NCBI GenBank assembly: GCA_964016885.1 | Contig: OZ024765.1 | Coordinates: forward strand, 9,114,001-9,178,000 | DNA: 64,000 nt | Reading direction: 5' to 3' | From: Eledone cirrhosa | Lineage: Eukaryota | Shown here: positions 1 to 14,884 of the stretch, piece by piece | Layout of the letters: each line of letters begins with the position of its first letter | Numbering within the stretch: position 1 is the first letter of the stretch | Made by a program: the position numbers and the translations under genes | Notes under the pieces: generated by a model | What the model was told of the DNA's origin: nothing | The model's database searches: none | Seen by the model: only the letters and a program-made list of their open reading frames with translations

Positions 1-3000
1 CAGTGTCTTTCATTAGAAATATGGTAATGAAAGGGTTAATGACATAGACAGTGTCTTTCATTAGAAATATGGTAATGAAAGGGTTAAAGACATAGACAGT
101 GTCTTTCATTAGAAATATGGTAATGAAAGGGTGAAAGACATAGACAGTGTCTTTCATTAGAAATATGGTAATGAAAGGGTTAATGACATAGACAGTGTCT
201 TTCATTAGAAATATGGTAATGAAAGGGTTAATGATATAGACAGTGTCTTTCATTAGAAATATGGTAATGAAAGGGTGAAAGACATAGACAGTGTCTTTCA
301 TTAGAAATATGGTAATGAAAGGGTTAATGACATAGACAGTGTCTTTCATTAGAAATATGGTAATGAAAGGGTTAATGACATAGACAGTGTCTTTCATTAG
401 AAATATGGTAATGAAAGGGTTAATGACATAGACAGTGTCTTTCATTAGAAATATGGTAATGAAAGGGTTAATGACATAGACAGTGTCTTTCATTAGAAAT
501 ATGGTAATGAAAGGGTTAATGACATAGACAGTGTCTTTCATTAGAAATATGGTAATGAAAGGGTTAAAGACATAGACAGTGTCTTTCATTAGAAATATGG
601 TAATGAAAGGGTGAAAGACATAGACAGTGTCTTTCATTAGAAATATGGTAATGAAAGGGTTAATGACATAGACAGTGTCTTTCATTAGAAATATGGTAAT
701 GAAAGGGTTAATGACATAGACAGTGTCTTTCATTAGAAATATGGTAATGAAAGGGTTAATGACATAGACAGTGTCTTTCATTAGAAATATGGTAATGAAA
801 GGGTTAATGACATAGACAGTGTCTTTCATTAGAAATATGGTAATGAAAGGGTGAAAGACATAGACAGTGTCTTTCATTAGAAATATGGTAATGAAAGGGT
901 TAATGACATAGACAGTGTCTTTCATTAGAAATATGGTAATGAAAGGGTTAATGACATAGACAGTGTCTTTCATTAGAAATATGGTAATGAAAGGGTTAAT
1001 GACATAGACAGTGTCTTTCATTAGAAATATGGTAATGAAAGGGTTAATGACATAGACAGTGTCTTTCATTAGAAATATGGTAATGAAAGGGTTAATGACA
1101 TAGACAGTGTCTTTCATTAGAAATATGGTAATGAAAGGGTTAAAGACATAGACAGTGTCTTTCATTAGAAATATGGTAATGAAAGGGTGAAAGACATAGA
1201 CAGTGTCTTTCATTAGAAATATGGTAATGAAAGGGTGAAAGACATAGACTGTGTCTTTCATTAGAAATATGGTAATGGAAGGGTTAATGACATAGACAGT
1301 GTCTTTCATTAGAAATATGGTAATGAAAGGGTTAATGACATAGACAGTGTCTTTCATTAGAAATATGGTAATGAAAGGGTTAATGACATAGACAGTGTCT
1401 TTCATTAGAAATATGGTAATGAAAGGGTTAATGACATAGACAGTGTCTTTCATTAGAAATATGGTAATGAAAGGGTTAATGACATAGACAGTGTCTTTCA
1501 TTAGAAATATGGTAATGAAAGGGTTAATGACATAGACAGTGTCTTTCATTAGAAATATGGTAATGAAAGGGTTAATGACATAGACAGTGTCTTTCATTAG
1601 AAATATGGTAATGAAAGGGTTAATGACATAGACAGTGTCTTTCATTAGAAATATGGTAATGAAAGGGTTAATGACATAGACAGTGTCTTTCATTAGAAAT
1701 ATGGTAATGAAAGGGTTAATGACATAGACAGTGTCTTTCATTAGAAATATGGTAATGAAAGGGTTAATGACATAGACAGTGTCTTTCATTAGAAATATGG
1801 TAATGAAAGGGTTAAAGACATAGACAGTGTCTTTCATTAGAAATATGGTAATGAAAGGGTGAAAGACATAGACAGTGTCTTTCATTAGAAATATGGTAAT
1901 GAAAGGGTGAAAGACATAGACTGTGTCTTTCATTAGAAATATGGTAATGGAAGGGTTAATGACATAGACAGTGTCTTTCATTAGAAATATGGTAATGAAA
2001 GGGTTAATGACATAGACAGTGTCTTTCATTAGAAATATGGTAATGAAAGGGTTAATGACATAGACAGTGTCTTTCATTAGAAATATGGTAATGAAAGGGT
2101 TAATGACATAGACAGTGTCTTTCATTAGAAATATGGTAATGAAAGGGTTAATGACATAGACAGTGTCTTTCATTAGAAATATGGTAATGAAAGGGTTAAA
2201 GACATAGACAGTGTCTTTCATTAGAAATATGGTAATGAAAGGGTTAATGACATAGACAGTGTCTTTCATTAGAAATATGGTAATGAAAGGGTTAATGACA
2301 TAGACAGTGTCTTTCATTAGAAATATGGTAATGAAAGGGTTAATGACATAGACAGTGTCTTTCATTAGAAATATGGTAATGAAAGGGTTAATGACATAGA
2401 CAGTGTCTTTCATTAGAAATATGGTAATGAAAGGGTTAATGACATAGACAGTGTCTTTCATTAGAAATATGGTAATGAAAGGGTTAAAGACATAGACAGT
2501 GTCTTTCATTAGAAATATGGTAATGAAAGGGTTAATGACATAGACAGTGTCTTTCATTAGAAATATGGTAATGAAAGGGTGAAAGACATAGACAGTGTCT
2601 TTCATTAGAAATATGGTAATGGAAGGGTTAAAGACATAGACTGTGTCTTTCATTAGAAATATGGTAATGGAAGGGTTAATGACATAGACAGTGTCTTTCA
2701 TTAGAAATATGGTAATGAAAGGGTGAAAGACATAGACAGTGTCTTTCATTAGAAATATGGTAATGAAAGGGTTAATGACATAGACAGTGTCTTTCATTAG
2801 AAATATGGTAATGAAAGGGTTAATGACATAGACAGTGTCTTTCATTAGAAATATGGTAATGAAAGGGTGAAAGACATAGACAGTGTCTTTCATTAGAAAT
2901 ATGGGTAATGAAAGGGTTAATGACATAGACAGTGTCTTTCATTAGAAATATGGTAATGAAAGGGTTAATGACATAGACAGTGTCTTTCATTAGAAATATG

Positions 3001-6000
3001 GTAATGAAAGGGTTAATGACATAGACAGTGTCTTTCATTAGAAATATGGTAATGAAAGGGTTAATGACATAGACAGTGTCTTTCATTAGAAATATGGTAA
3101 TGAAAGGGTTAATGACATAGACAGTGTCTTTCATTAGAAATATGGTAATGAAAGGGTTAAAGACATAGACAGTGTCTTTCATTAGAAATATGGTAATGAA
3201 AGGGTGAAAGACATAGACAGTGTCTTTCATTAGAAATATGGTAATGAAAGGGTTAATGACATAGACAGTGTCTTTCATTAGAAATATGGTAATGAAAGGG
3301 TTAATGACATAGACAGTGTCTTTCATTAGAAATATGGTAATGAAAGGGTTAATGACATAGACAGTGTCTTTCATTAGAAATATGGTAATGAAAGTGTTAA
3401 TGACATAGACAGTGTCTTTCATTAGAAATATGGTAATGAAAGGGTGAAAGACATAGACAGTGTCTTTCATTAGAAATATGGTAATGAAAGGGTTAATGAC
3501 ATAGACAGTGTCTTTCATTAGAAATATGGTAATGAAAGGGTTAATGACATAGACAGTGTCTTTCATTAGAAATATGGTAATGAAAGGGTTAATGACATAG
3601 ACAGTGTCTTTCATTAGAAATATGGTAATGAAAGGGTTAATGACATAGACAGTGTCTTTCATTAGAAATATGGTAATGAAAGGGTTAATGACATAGACAG
3701 TGTCTTTCATTAGAAATATGGTAATGAAAGGGTTAAAGACATAGACAGTGTCTTTCATTAGAAATATGGTAATGAAAGGGTGAAAGACATAGACAGTGTC
3801 TTTCATTAGAAATATGGTAATGAAAGGGTGAAAGACATAGACTGTGTCTTTCATTAGAAATATGGTAATGGAAGGGTTAATGACATAGACAGTGTCTTTC
3901 ATTAGAAATATGGTAATGAAAGGGTTAATGACATAGACAGTGTCTTTCATTAGAAATATGGTAATGAAAGGGTTAATGACATAGACAGTGTCTTTCATTA
4001 GAAATATGGTAATGAAAGGGTTAATGACATAGACAGTGTCTTTCATTAGAAATATGGTAATGAAAGGGTTAATGACATAGACAGTGTCTTTCATTAGAAA
4101 TATGGTAATGAAAGGGTTAATGACATAGACAGTGTCTTTCATTAGAAATATGGTAATGAAAGGGTTAATGACATAGACAGTGTCTTTCATTAGAAATATG
4201 GTAATGAAAGGGTTAATGACATAGACAGTGTCTTTCATTAGAAATATGGTAATGAAAGGGTTAATGACATAGACAGTGTCTTTCATTAGAAATATGGTAA
4301 TGAAAGGGTTAATGACATAGACAGTGTCTTTCATTAGAAATATGGTAATGAAAGGGTTAATGACATAGACAGTGTCTTTCATTAGAAATATGGTAATGAA
4401 AGGGTTAAAGACATAGACAGTGTCTTTCATTAGAAATATGGTAATGAAAGGGTGAAAGACATAGACAGTGTCTTTCATTAGAAATATGGTAATGAAAGGG
4501 TGAAAGACATAGACTGTGTCTTTCATTAGAAATATGGTAATGGAAGGGTTAATGACATAGACAGTGTCTTTCATTAGAAATATGGTAATGAAAGGGTTAA
4601 TGACATAGACAGTGTCTTTCATTAGAAATATGGTAATGAAAGGGTTAATGACATAGACAGTGTCTTTCATTAGAAATATGGTAATGAAAGGGTTAATGAC
4701 ATAGACAGTGTCTTTCATTAGAAATATGGTAATGAAAGGGTTAATGACATAGACAGTGTCTTTCATTAGAAATATGGTAATGAAAGGGTTAAAGACATAG
4801 ACAGTGTCTTTCATTAGAAATATGGTAATGAAAGGGTTAATGACATAGACAGTGTCTTTCATTAGAAATATGGTAATGAAAGGGTTAATGACATAGACAG
4901 TGTCTTTCATTAGAAATATGGTAATGAAAGGGTTAATGACATAGACAGTGTCTTTCATTAGAAATATGGTAATGAAAGGGTTAATGACATAGACAGTGTC
5001 TTTCATTAGAAATATGGTAATGAAAGGGTTAATGACATAGACAGTGTCTTTCATTAGAAATATGGTAATGAAAGGGTTAAAGACATAGACAGTGTCTTTC
5101 ATTAGAAATATGGTAATGAAAGGGTTAATGACATAGACAGTGTCTTTCATTAGAAATATGGTAATGAAAGGGTGAAAGACATAGACAGTGTCTTTCATTA
5201 GAAATATGGTAATGGAAGGGTTAAAGACATAGACTGTGTCTTTCATTAGAAATATGGTAATGGAAGGGTTAATGACATAGACAGTGTCTTTCATTAGAAA
5301 TATGGTAATGAAAGGGTGAAAGACATAGACAGTGTCTTTCATTAGAAATATGGTAATGAAAGGGTTAAAGATATAGACAGTGTCTTTCATTAGAAATATG
5401 GTAATGAAAGGGTTAAAGACATAGACTGTGTCTTTCATTAGAAATATGGTAATGAAAGAGTTAAAGACATAGACAGTGTCTTTCATTAGAAATATGGTAA
5501 TGAAAGGGTTAATGACATAGACAGTGTCTTTCATTAGAAATATGGTAATGAAAGGGTGAAAGACATAGACAGTGTCTTTCATTAGAAATATGGTAATGAA
5601 AGGGTTAAAGATATAGACAGTGTCTTTCATTAGAAATATGGTAATGAAAGGGTTAAAGACATAGACTGTGTCTTTCATTAGAAATATGGTAATGAAAGAG
5701 TTAAAGACATAGACAGTGTCTTTCATTAGAAATATGGTAATGGAAGGGTTAAAGACATAGACTGTGTCTTTCATTAGAAATATGGTAATGGAAGGGTTAA
5801 TGACATAGACAGTGTCTTTCATTAGAAATATGGTAATGAAAGGGTTAATGACATAGACAGTGTCTTTCATTAGAAATATGGTAATGAAAGGGTTAAAGAT
5901 ATAGACAGTGTCTTTCATTAGAAATATGGTAATGAAAGGGTTAAAGACATAGACTGTGTCTTTCATTAGAAATATGGTAATGAAAGAGTTAAAGACATAG

Positions 6001-9000
6001 ACAGTGTCTTTCATTAGAAATATGGTAATGAAAGGGTTAATGACATAGACAGTGTCTTTCATTAGAAATATGGTAATGAAAGGGTGAAAGACATAGACAG
6101 TGTCTTTCATTAGAAATATGGTAATGAAAGGGTTAAAGATATAGACAGTGTCTTTCATTAGAAATATGGTAATGAAAGGGTTAAAGACATAGACTGTGTC
6201 TTTCATTAGAAATATGGTAATGAAAGAGTTAAAGACATAGACAGTGTCTTTCATTAGAAATATGGTAATGGAAGGGTTAAAGACATAGACTGTGTCTTTC
6301 ATTAGAAATATGGTAATGGAAGGGTTAATGACATAGACAGTGTCTTTCATTAGAAATATGGTAATGAAAGGGTTAATGACATAGACAGTGTCTTTCATTA
6401 GAAATATGGTAATGAAAGGGTTAAAGATATAGACAGTGTCTTTCATTAGAAATATGGTAATGAAAGGGTTAAAGACATAGACTGTGTCTTTCATTAGAAA
6501 TATGGTAATGAAAGAGTTAAAGACATAGACAGTGTCTTTCATTAGAAATATGGTAATGAAAGGGTTAATGACATAGACAGTGTCTTTCATTAGAAATATG
6601 GTAATGAAAGGGTGAAAGACATAGACAGTGTCTTTCATTAGAAATATGGTAATGAAAGGGTTAAAGATATAGACAGTGTCTTTCATTAGAAATATGGTAA
6701 TGAAAGGGTTAAAGACATAGACTGTGTCTTTCATTAGAAATATGGTAATGAAAGAGTTAAAGACATAGACAGTGTCTTTCATTAGAAATATGGTAATGGA
6801 AGGGTTAAAGACATAGACTGTGTCTTTCATTAGAAATATGGTAATGGAAGGGTTAATGACATAGACAGTGTCTTTCATTAGAAATATGGTAATGAAAGGG
6901 TTAATGACATAGACAGTGTCTTTCATTAGAAATATGGTAATGAAAGGGTTAAAGATATAGACAGTGTCTTTCATTAGAAATATGGTAATGAAAGGGTTAA
7001 AGACATAGACTGTGTCTTTCATTAGAAATATGGTAATGAAAGAGTTAAAGACATAGACAGTGTCTTTCATTAGAAATATGGTAATGAAAGGGTTAATGAC
7101 ATAGACAGTGTCTTTCATTAGAAATATGGTAATGAAAGGGTGAAAGACATAGACAGTGTCTTTCATTAGAAATATGGTAATGAAAGGGTTAAAGATATAG
7201 ACAGTGTCTTTCATTAGAAATATGGTAATGAAAGGGTTAAAGACATAGACTGTGTCTTTCATTAGAAATATGGTAATGAAAGAGTTAAAGACATAGACAG
7301 TGTCTTTCATTAGAAATATGGTAATGGAAGGGTTAAAGACATAGACTGTGTCTTTCATTAGAAATATGGTAATGGAAGGGTTAATGACATAGACAGTGTC
7401 TTTCATTAGAAATATGGTAATGAAAGGGTTAATGACATAGACAGTGTCTTTCATTAGAAATATGGTAATGAAAGGGTTAAAGATATAGACAGTGTCTTTC
7501 ATTAGAAATATGGTAATGAAAGGGTTAAAGACATAGACTGTGTCTTTCATTAGAAATATGGTAATGAAAGAGTTAAAGACATAGACAGTGTCTTTCATTA
7601 GAAATATGGTAATGAAAGGGTGAAAGACATAGACAGTGTCTTTCATTAGAAATATGGTGATGGAAGGGTTAATGATATAGACTGTGTCTTTCATTAGAAA
7701 TATGGTAATGAAAGGGTTAAAGATATAGGCAGTGTCTTTCATTAGAAATATGGTAATAAAAGGGTTAAAGACACAGGCAGTGTCTTTCATTAGAAATATG
7801 GTAATAAAAGGGTTAAAGACATAGACAGTGTCTTTCATTAGAAATATGGTAATGAAAGGGTTAATGACATAGACAGTGTCTTTCATTAGAAATATGGTAA
7901 TGAAAGGGTTAAAGACATAGACAGTGTCTTTCATTAGAAATATGGTAATGAAAGGGTTAAAGACATAGGCAGTGTCTTTCATTAGAAATATGGTAATAAA
8001 AGGGTTAAAGACACAGGCAGTGTCTTTCATTAGAAATATGGTAATAAAAGGGTTAAAGACATAGACAGTGTCTTTCATTAGAAATATGGTAATAAAAGGG
8101 TTAAAGACACAGGCAGTGTCTTTCATTAGAAATATGGTAATAAAAGGGTTAAAGACATAGACAGTGTCTTTCATTAGAAATATGGTAATGAAAGGGTTAA
8201 TGACATAGACAGTGTCTTTCATTAGAAATATGGTAATGGAAGGGTTAAAGACATAGACAGTGTCTTTCATTAGAAATATGGTAATGGAAGGGTTAAAGAC
8301 ACAGGCAGTGTCTTTCATTAGAAATATGGTAATAAAAGGGTTAAAGACATAGACAGTGTCTTTCATTAGAAATATGGTAATAAAAGGGTTAAAGACACAG
8401 GCAGTGTCTTTCATTAGAAATATGGTAATAAAAGGGTTAAAGACATAGACAGTGTCTTTCATTAGAAATATGGTAATGAAAGGGTTAATGACATAGACAG
8501 TGTCTTTCATTAGAAATATGGTAATGAAAGGGTTAAAGACATAGACAGTGTCTTTCATTAGAAATATGGTAATGAAAGGGTTAAAGACATAGGCAGTGTC
8601 TTTCATTAGAAATATGGTAATAAAAGGGTTAAAGACACAGGCAGTGTCTTTCATTAGAAATATGGTAATAAAAGGGTTAAAGACATAGACAGTGTCTTTC
8701 ATTAGAAATATGGTAATAAAAGGGTTAAAGACACAGGCAGTGTCTTTCATTAGAAATATGGTAATAAAAGGGTTAAAGACATAGACAGTGTCTTTCATTA
8801 GAAATATGGTAATGAAAGGGTTAATGACATAGACAGTGTCTTTCATTAGAAATATGGTAATGGAAGGGTTAAAGACATAGACAGTGTCTTTCATTAGAAA
8901 TATGGTAATGGAAGGGTTAATGATATAGGCAGTGTCTTACATTAGAAATATTGTAATGAAAGGGTTAAAGACATAGACAGTGTCTTTCATTAGAAATATG

Positions 9001-10110
9001 GTAATGAAAGGGTTAATGACATAGACAGTGTCTTTCATTAGAAATATGGTAATGAAAGGGTTAAAGACATAGACAGTGTCTTTCATTAGAAATATGGTAA
9101 TGGAAGGGTTAATGATATAGGCAGTGTCTTACATTAGAAATATTGTAATGAAAGGGTTAAAGACATAGACAGTGTCTTTCATTAGAAATATGGTAATGAA
9201 AGGGTTAAAGACATAGACAGTGTCTTTCATTAGAAATATGGTAATGAAAGGGTTAAAGACATAGACAGTGTCTTTCATTAGAAATATGGTAATGAAAGGG
9301 TTAAAGACATAGACAGCGTCTTTCATTAGAAATATGGTAATGAAAGGGTTAATGATATATACAGTGTCTTGCATTAGAAATATGGTAATGAAAGGGTTAA
9401 TGACATAGACAGTTCTTTCATTAGAAATATGGTAATGAAAGGGTTAATGACATAGACAGTGTCTTACATTAGAAATATGGTAATGAAAGGGTTAATGACA
9501 TAGACAGTGTCTTACATTAGAAATATTGTAATGAAAGGGTTAAAGACATAGACAGTGTCTTTCATTAGAAATATGGTAATGAAAGGGTTAAAGACATAGA
9601 CAGTGTCTTTCATTAGAAATATGGTAATGAAAGGGTGAAAGACATAGACAGTGTCTTTCATTAGAAATATGGTAATGAAAGGGTTAAAGACATAGACAGT
9701 GTCTTTCATTAGAAATATGGTAATGAAAGGGTTAATGACATAGACAGTGTCTTTCATTAGAAATATGGTAATGAAAGGGTTAATGACATAGACAGTGTCT
9801 TACATTAGAAATATGGTAATGAAAGGATTAATGATATATACAGTGTCTTTCATTAGAAATATGGTAATGAAAGGGTTAATGATATATACAGTGTCTTTAA
9901 TTAGAAATATGGTAATGAAAGGGTTAATGACATAGACAGTGTCTTTCAGTAGAAATATGGTAATGAAAGGGTTAATGACATAGACAGTGTCTTTCAGTAG
10001 AAATATGGTAATGAAAGGGTTAATGACATAGACAGTGTCTTTCAGTAGAAATATGGTAATGAAAGGGTTAATGACATAGGCAGTGTCTTTCATTAGAAAT
10101 ATGGTAGCAA
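1..10110. repeat. 48-bp tandem satellite (~210 units, runs off the window start)
   Basis: Unit cagtgtctttcattagaaatatggtaatgaaagggttaatgacataga is repeated with few variants. There is a 1-bp insertion near 2903 and a 1-bp deletion near 9413. Confidence 0.98.
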
Positions 10111-10119
10111 AAAGGATTA

Positions 10120-10342
10120 AAGTGAATATATTTATCTAAAAACCTTCCGTCATAATTTTATGCAAGACGTTTATTAAGTTATGTTCGAAGCACCAACTTA
10201 ATGATGAGAAAGTTAGTTATAAAACGTGTAAGTTAAGTTATATTTCAAACACCAAGTTAATGAGAAAGTTAGTTAGTTACGTTACTAAATATCTCTGCGT
10301 TCTCTGTTGTATTTAATTAGAAATACGGTACAAGAGGGTTAA
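10120..10342 (-). mobile_element. Degenerate TTAA-ended (piggyBac-like) MITE remnant
   Basis: Ends in attagaaatacggtacaagagggTTAA, similar to the satellite segment attagaaatatggtaatgaaagggTTAA. Confidence 0.45.
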
Positions 10343-10368
10343 AATGTTTCAATTTCTTTCTTTAACAG

Positions 10369-10455
10369 TGTGGATTCTTCAAGAGACGAAACCGGGACCA
10401 AATGCAGTGTTACAATGCCATAGTGGAGAAGAACCACGATGATTTCCATAAATGA
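10369..10455 (+). CDS. Integrin alpha subunit, terminal coding exon (cytoplasmic tail)
   Basis: Acceptor aatttctttctttaacag, then CGFFKRRNRDQMQCYNAIVEKNHDDFHK*. GFFKR is the integrin-alpha juxtamembrane motif, and a phase-0 intron just before xGFFKR is typical of these genes. Upstream exons lie outside the window. Confidence 0.85.
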   Translation, partial: CGFFKRRNRDQMQCYNAIVEKNHDDFHK

Positions 10456-10489
10456 AGAAGATATAATTAACATTTTTATGTGTGTATGT

Positions 10490-10545
10490 ATCATCATCAT
10501 CATCATCATCATCATTTTACGTCCGCTTTTCCCTACTTGCAAGGG
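10490..10545 (-). mobile_element. RTE-type LINE/SINE 3' tail fragment
   Basis: Reverse complement of the ...ttgcaag.agggaaaagcggacgtaaaatgatgatg tail seen at 22190-22230. Confidence 0.7.
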
Positions 10546-10705
10546 TATATATATATATATATTTATGTGCGTGTGTACAAATACATATATATATATATGT
10601 GTGTGTGTGTGTACATATATAATTGTGTATGTGTATGTATACATATGTGTGTGTGTGTACATATATAATTGTGTATGTGTATGTATACATATGTGTGTGT
10701 GTGTG

Positions 10706-10747
<42 letters not shown>

Positions 10748-10889
10748 TATGTATGAATGTTTATATATATATATATGTACATATATAGTTGTGTGTGTGT
10801 ATATGTATATATATGTATATGTATACATGTGTGTGTGTATATATATATACATACATATATATATATATAAATACACATGCATACATATG

Positions 10890-10927
<38 letters not shown>

Positions 10928-10992
10928 GGGTATCCCAAAAAATGTATACACAATTCAACATCATTCTAATAAATATATCTATACACAGTCAC

Positions 10993-11067
<75 letters not shown>

Positions 11068-11085
11068 GCCCCCACACCCCCCACC

Positions 11086-11359
11086 GCAAGGTGGTCGTGG
11101 AGGTGCCACGGCAAAAAAGCACCCAGCCCACACTGTAAAGTGGACGTGTAGGTGCCACGGCAAAAAAGCACCCAGCACTCACTGTAAATGAGGTTGGTGT
11201 TAGGAAGGGCATCCAGCTGTAAAAATCAAGCCAGATCAGTTCCTGTATGAGCAAGGCATGGTCAGCCGACCAGACACTGCACACAACAGGACAACCCGTC
11301 TAACCCATGCTAGCGTGGAAGAACGGACGTAAAGCGGTGATGATGATGATGATGATGAT
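11086..11359 (+). mobile_element. SINE-like element (aaaagcacccag...ttaggaagggcatccagctgta family) with (GAT)n tail
   Basis: Similar to copies at 58561-58788, 27050-28140 and 30140-30525. Ends in (tga)n. Confidence 0.75.
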
Positions 11360-11455
11360 TACATTCTGTATCGCTCTACACCTCATCACAGAAGTGAACC
11401 TAAACATCGAGTGCTCTCCCGGGTGAACCTGCAGTAACTCCAAGTTACACCCCCT

Positions 11456-11495
<40 letters not shown>

Positions 11496-11522
11496 TCACA
11501 TATATATATATATGTATGTATA

Positions 11523-12291
11523 CAGGGTGGTCCGAAAGTCTTGTCACCCCCTACCAGAAAAGAAAATTATTATTATAATTAATGATATATTATTAACTAG
11601 CAGTGGTACCTGGCATTGCACGGGATAAGTTATTGTGAAATATATAACTGCCTTAGCTAAGCTTAGTATTGCCACAACCACGGCTGGCAAAGAAGTAAGG
11701 GTCTGGTGGTACGTAAGTAAGCAACACTGTGGCTTAAAACGTAAGGAGCTTAAAACTGTTTGGGGAATGAGTGTGAGATTTGTCTTGAACAAGGGTGGCA
11801 GAATAACTGGAGGCAGCAGACAGTCAGACATACAGACAGATATTATAGGGGCGCGTTTGGTAGACTAACCGGAGGCAGCAGACAGCAAGACATACAGACA
11901 GATATTATAGGGACGTGTTTGGTAGAGTAACTGGAGGCAGCAGACAGCCAGACATACAGACAGATATTATAAGGGCGCGATGTTATATGTATGTATCTAT
12001 CTAAAAAGAGAAAAACTAAGAATTATAGAGAGAGATTGCTAAATCGCCTAATGCGGTCCCTAGGGCATTGAAAATTTGAAATTTTTGCTCGGAACACTCC
12101 CTGAATCATAAGTATTACATGTGTAAAGTTTGAAAACAGTCGGTTGGGTGCTTCTCTAGTTTTAGGGATTCAAACTCACACACACACAGACATCCTCAGT
12201 TTTATATATATAGATGATATATATTATTAAAACAAAAAATAATGAAAGTTAAAAGAATATGTAGGGGTGTCAAAACTTTCGGAGCACCCTG
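11523..12291. mobile_element. Tc1/mariner-type MITE (TA TSD) carrying a nested Helitron
   Basis: ta-cagggtggtccgaaagtcttgtcacccccta ... taggggtgtcaaaactttcggagcaccctg-ta form imperfect TIRs. Confidence 0.7.
11597..12214 (-). mobile_element. Non-autonomous Helitron
   Basis: Minus strand reads A|TCtatatatataaaactgaggatgtc ... cccgtgcaatgccaggtaccactgCTAG|T: TC start, subterminal hairpin, CTAG end and AT target. Contains a ~58-bp triple repeat. Confidence 0.75.
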
Positions 12292-12472
12292 TATGTATAT
12301 ATAACCATCATCAGCATTATCGCTTTTAAGTTGACTCTCTCTCTCCTGGTGTGACTTTTTGAGACAATGTTTTGCAGCGGGAAGCCATTTCTGGCACCAA
12401 CACTCTCCAATCTCTCTTTACAACACGAAGCAATATGCTGTATCTATTCTACACATTATATATATATATATA

Positions 12473-12514
<42 letters not shown>

Positions 12515-13049
12515 TATATTAATAAATGGAAAATATCATTTATAATACCATATTTATTTTATTATACGTACTAGCAGAAAAACCACCCTTGCTCATAGCT
12601 TCGTACTTACATGCACACACACTCTTTTACTCACATATACACACATTTCTTCTTAGCTTCGTACGGTCTTATAATAACACACACACACTCTCACACACAC
12701 ATGTTTATGCACGTGCACAAGTATAGCTCTTTTTACAAAACGTTTTTTTTTCAATTTCAGGTAGACGCGCTCCATCATCCACTTTTCTAAAAAATCAAAT
12801 CATACACAAAACGCCAGCACCAACAGTTTTGCAAGAGATGTCAACATGAATGGACCTGTTATTTTTATCTAAAGACATTTTTTCCAATTCCACCCTGCCC
12901 GTCCCCTCAATCTATCTTATTTCTCATTCTTTCTTCTAATGAAGGACTAGCGTCCAAAACGTTAGGACCCTCTTCCTGCTATATCAAGCGTTAACCTAAT
13001 ATATCCCTTCCATATACTGTACCGATTGTGTTGTTATTTCTGTTTACAT

Positions 13050-13073
13050 TTTACATACATATATGTGTCTATA

Positions 13074-13124
<51 letters not shown>

Positions 13125-13161
13125 GTATGTATGTATATGAATGTATATATATATATGTATG

Positions 13162-13192
<31 letters not shown>

Positions 13193-13285
13193 ATATATAT
13201 ATGTATGTATATATATATATGTATGTATGTATGTATATATGTATGTATGTATATATATGTATGTATGTATATATATGTATGTATG

Positions 13286-13316
<31 letters not shown>

Positions 13317-13659
13317 GTGTGTATGTATGTATATACATATATATATATATATGTATGTATATATATATGTATATACATAAATATGTGTATGTATGTATGT
13401 ATATATGTATATACATATATATATATATATATGTGTATATGTGTATATATGTATATACATATATAAATATATGTGTATGTATGTATGTATGTATATACAT
13501 ATATATATATGTATGTATATATGTATATACATATATATATGTATGTATGTATGTATATATGTATATACATATATATATATATATGTGTATGTATATATGT
13601 ATATATATATGTGTATGTATATATGTATATATATATATGTGTATGTATATATGTATATA

Positions 13660-13702
<43 letters not shown>

Positions 13703-13775
13703 GTGTATGTATATATGTATATATATGTGTGTATATATATATATATATGTATATATATATGTGTATGTATATATG

Positions 13776-13806
<31 letters not shown>

Positions 13807-13915
13807 GTGTATATAAAAATATATATGTATATATATATATGTGTATATAAAAATATATATGTATATATATATGTGTATGTATATATATGTATATATATAT
13901 GTGTATGTATATATC

Positions 13916-13950
<35 letters not shown>

Positions 13951-13960
13951 GTATATATAT

Positions 13961-14048
<88 letters not shown>

Positions 14049-14312
14049 GTGGTCATCAGTAATAAGTTAGTTTTATCTCAAAATATTCCCTAAAATTCAA
14101 AATTTTAAATCCTGCCTCAAACTTTAAAACATTCCTTCTCTGCAATTATGTTTTAAATCTTTTTTAAATATATTTTAAAACATTTTCAAATATACATTAA
14201 TTTATTTTAAATTATATTTTATAATGTTTCAAAATATATTTTTAATTATTTTAAAATAGTCACGTTCCAGACATATGTATATGTATGTATATATATGTAT
14301 GTGTATATATAT

Positions 14313-14361
<49 letters not shown>

Positions 14362-14502
14362 ATATATATGTATATATGTGTGTGTATATATGTATATATA
14401 TATATGTGTGTGTGTATATATGAATATATATATATGTATGTGTATATATGTATATATATATGTGTGTGTGTATATATGTATATATATATGTGTATGTATA
14501 TA

Positions 14503-14533
<31 letters not shown>

Positions 14534-14714
14534 GTATGCATATATGTATGTATATATGTATGTATATATGTATGTATATATGTATGTGTATATGTATCTA
14601 TATGTATGTATATATGCATATATATATAAATATATATACATACATACATATATATGTATGTGTATATATATCTATATGTATATATATATGTATGTGTATA
14701 TATATCTATATGTA

Positions 14715-14749
<35 letters not shown>

Positions 14750-14810
14750 ATGTATCTATATATATATATATATATATATATCTATATGTATCTATATATA
14801 TATATATATT
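13050..14810. repeat. (TA)n/(TG)n/(TATG)n compound microsatellites
   Basis: Directly visible. Similar tracts at 10546-11085, 15998-16850, 18244-18784, 19706-20215, 38800-40160, 40720-40965, 45525-47805 and 50615-50760. Confidence 0.95.
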
Positions 14811-14884
14811 CCTGCCACTATAACCAGAATCGTGCTGCTGTTGTAACAATTCCCATCATACAGGAATTACAATCTTTATTCCTT

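Noticed and set aside
2820-8894. 2024-aa ORF and neighbouring ORFs (MKDTVYVINPFITIFL)n
   Set aside because: Translation of a 48-bp unit that lacks a stop in one frame. It is antisense to the integrin gene and broken by random indels.
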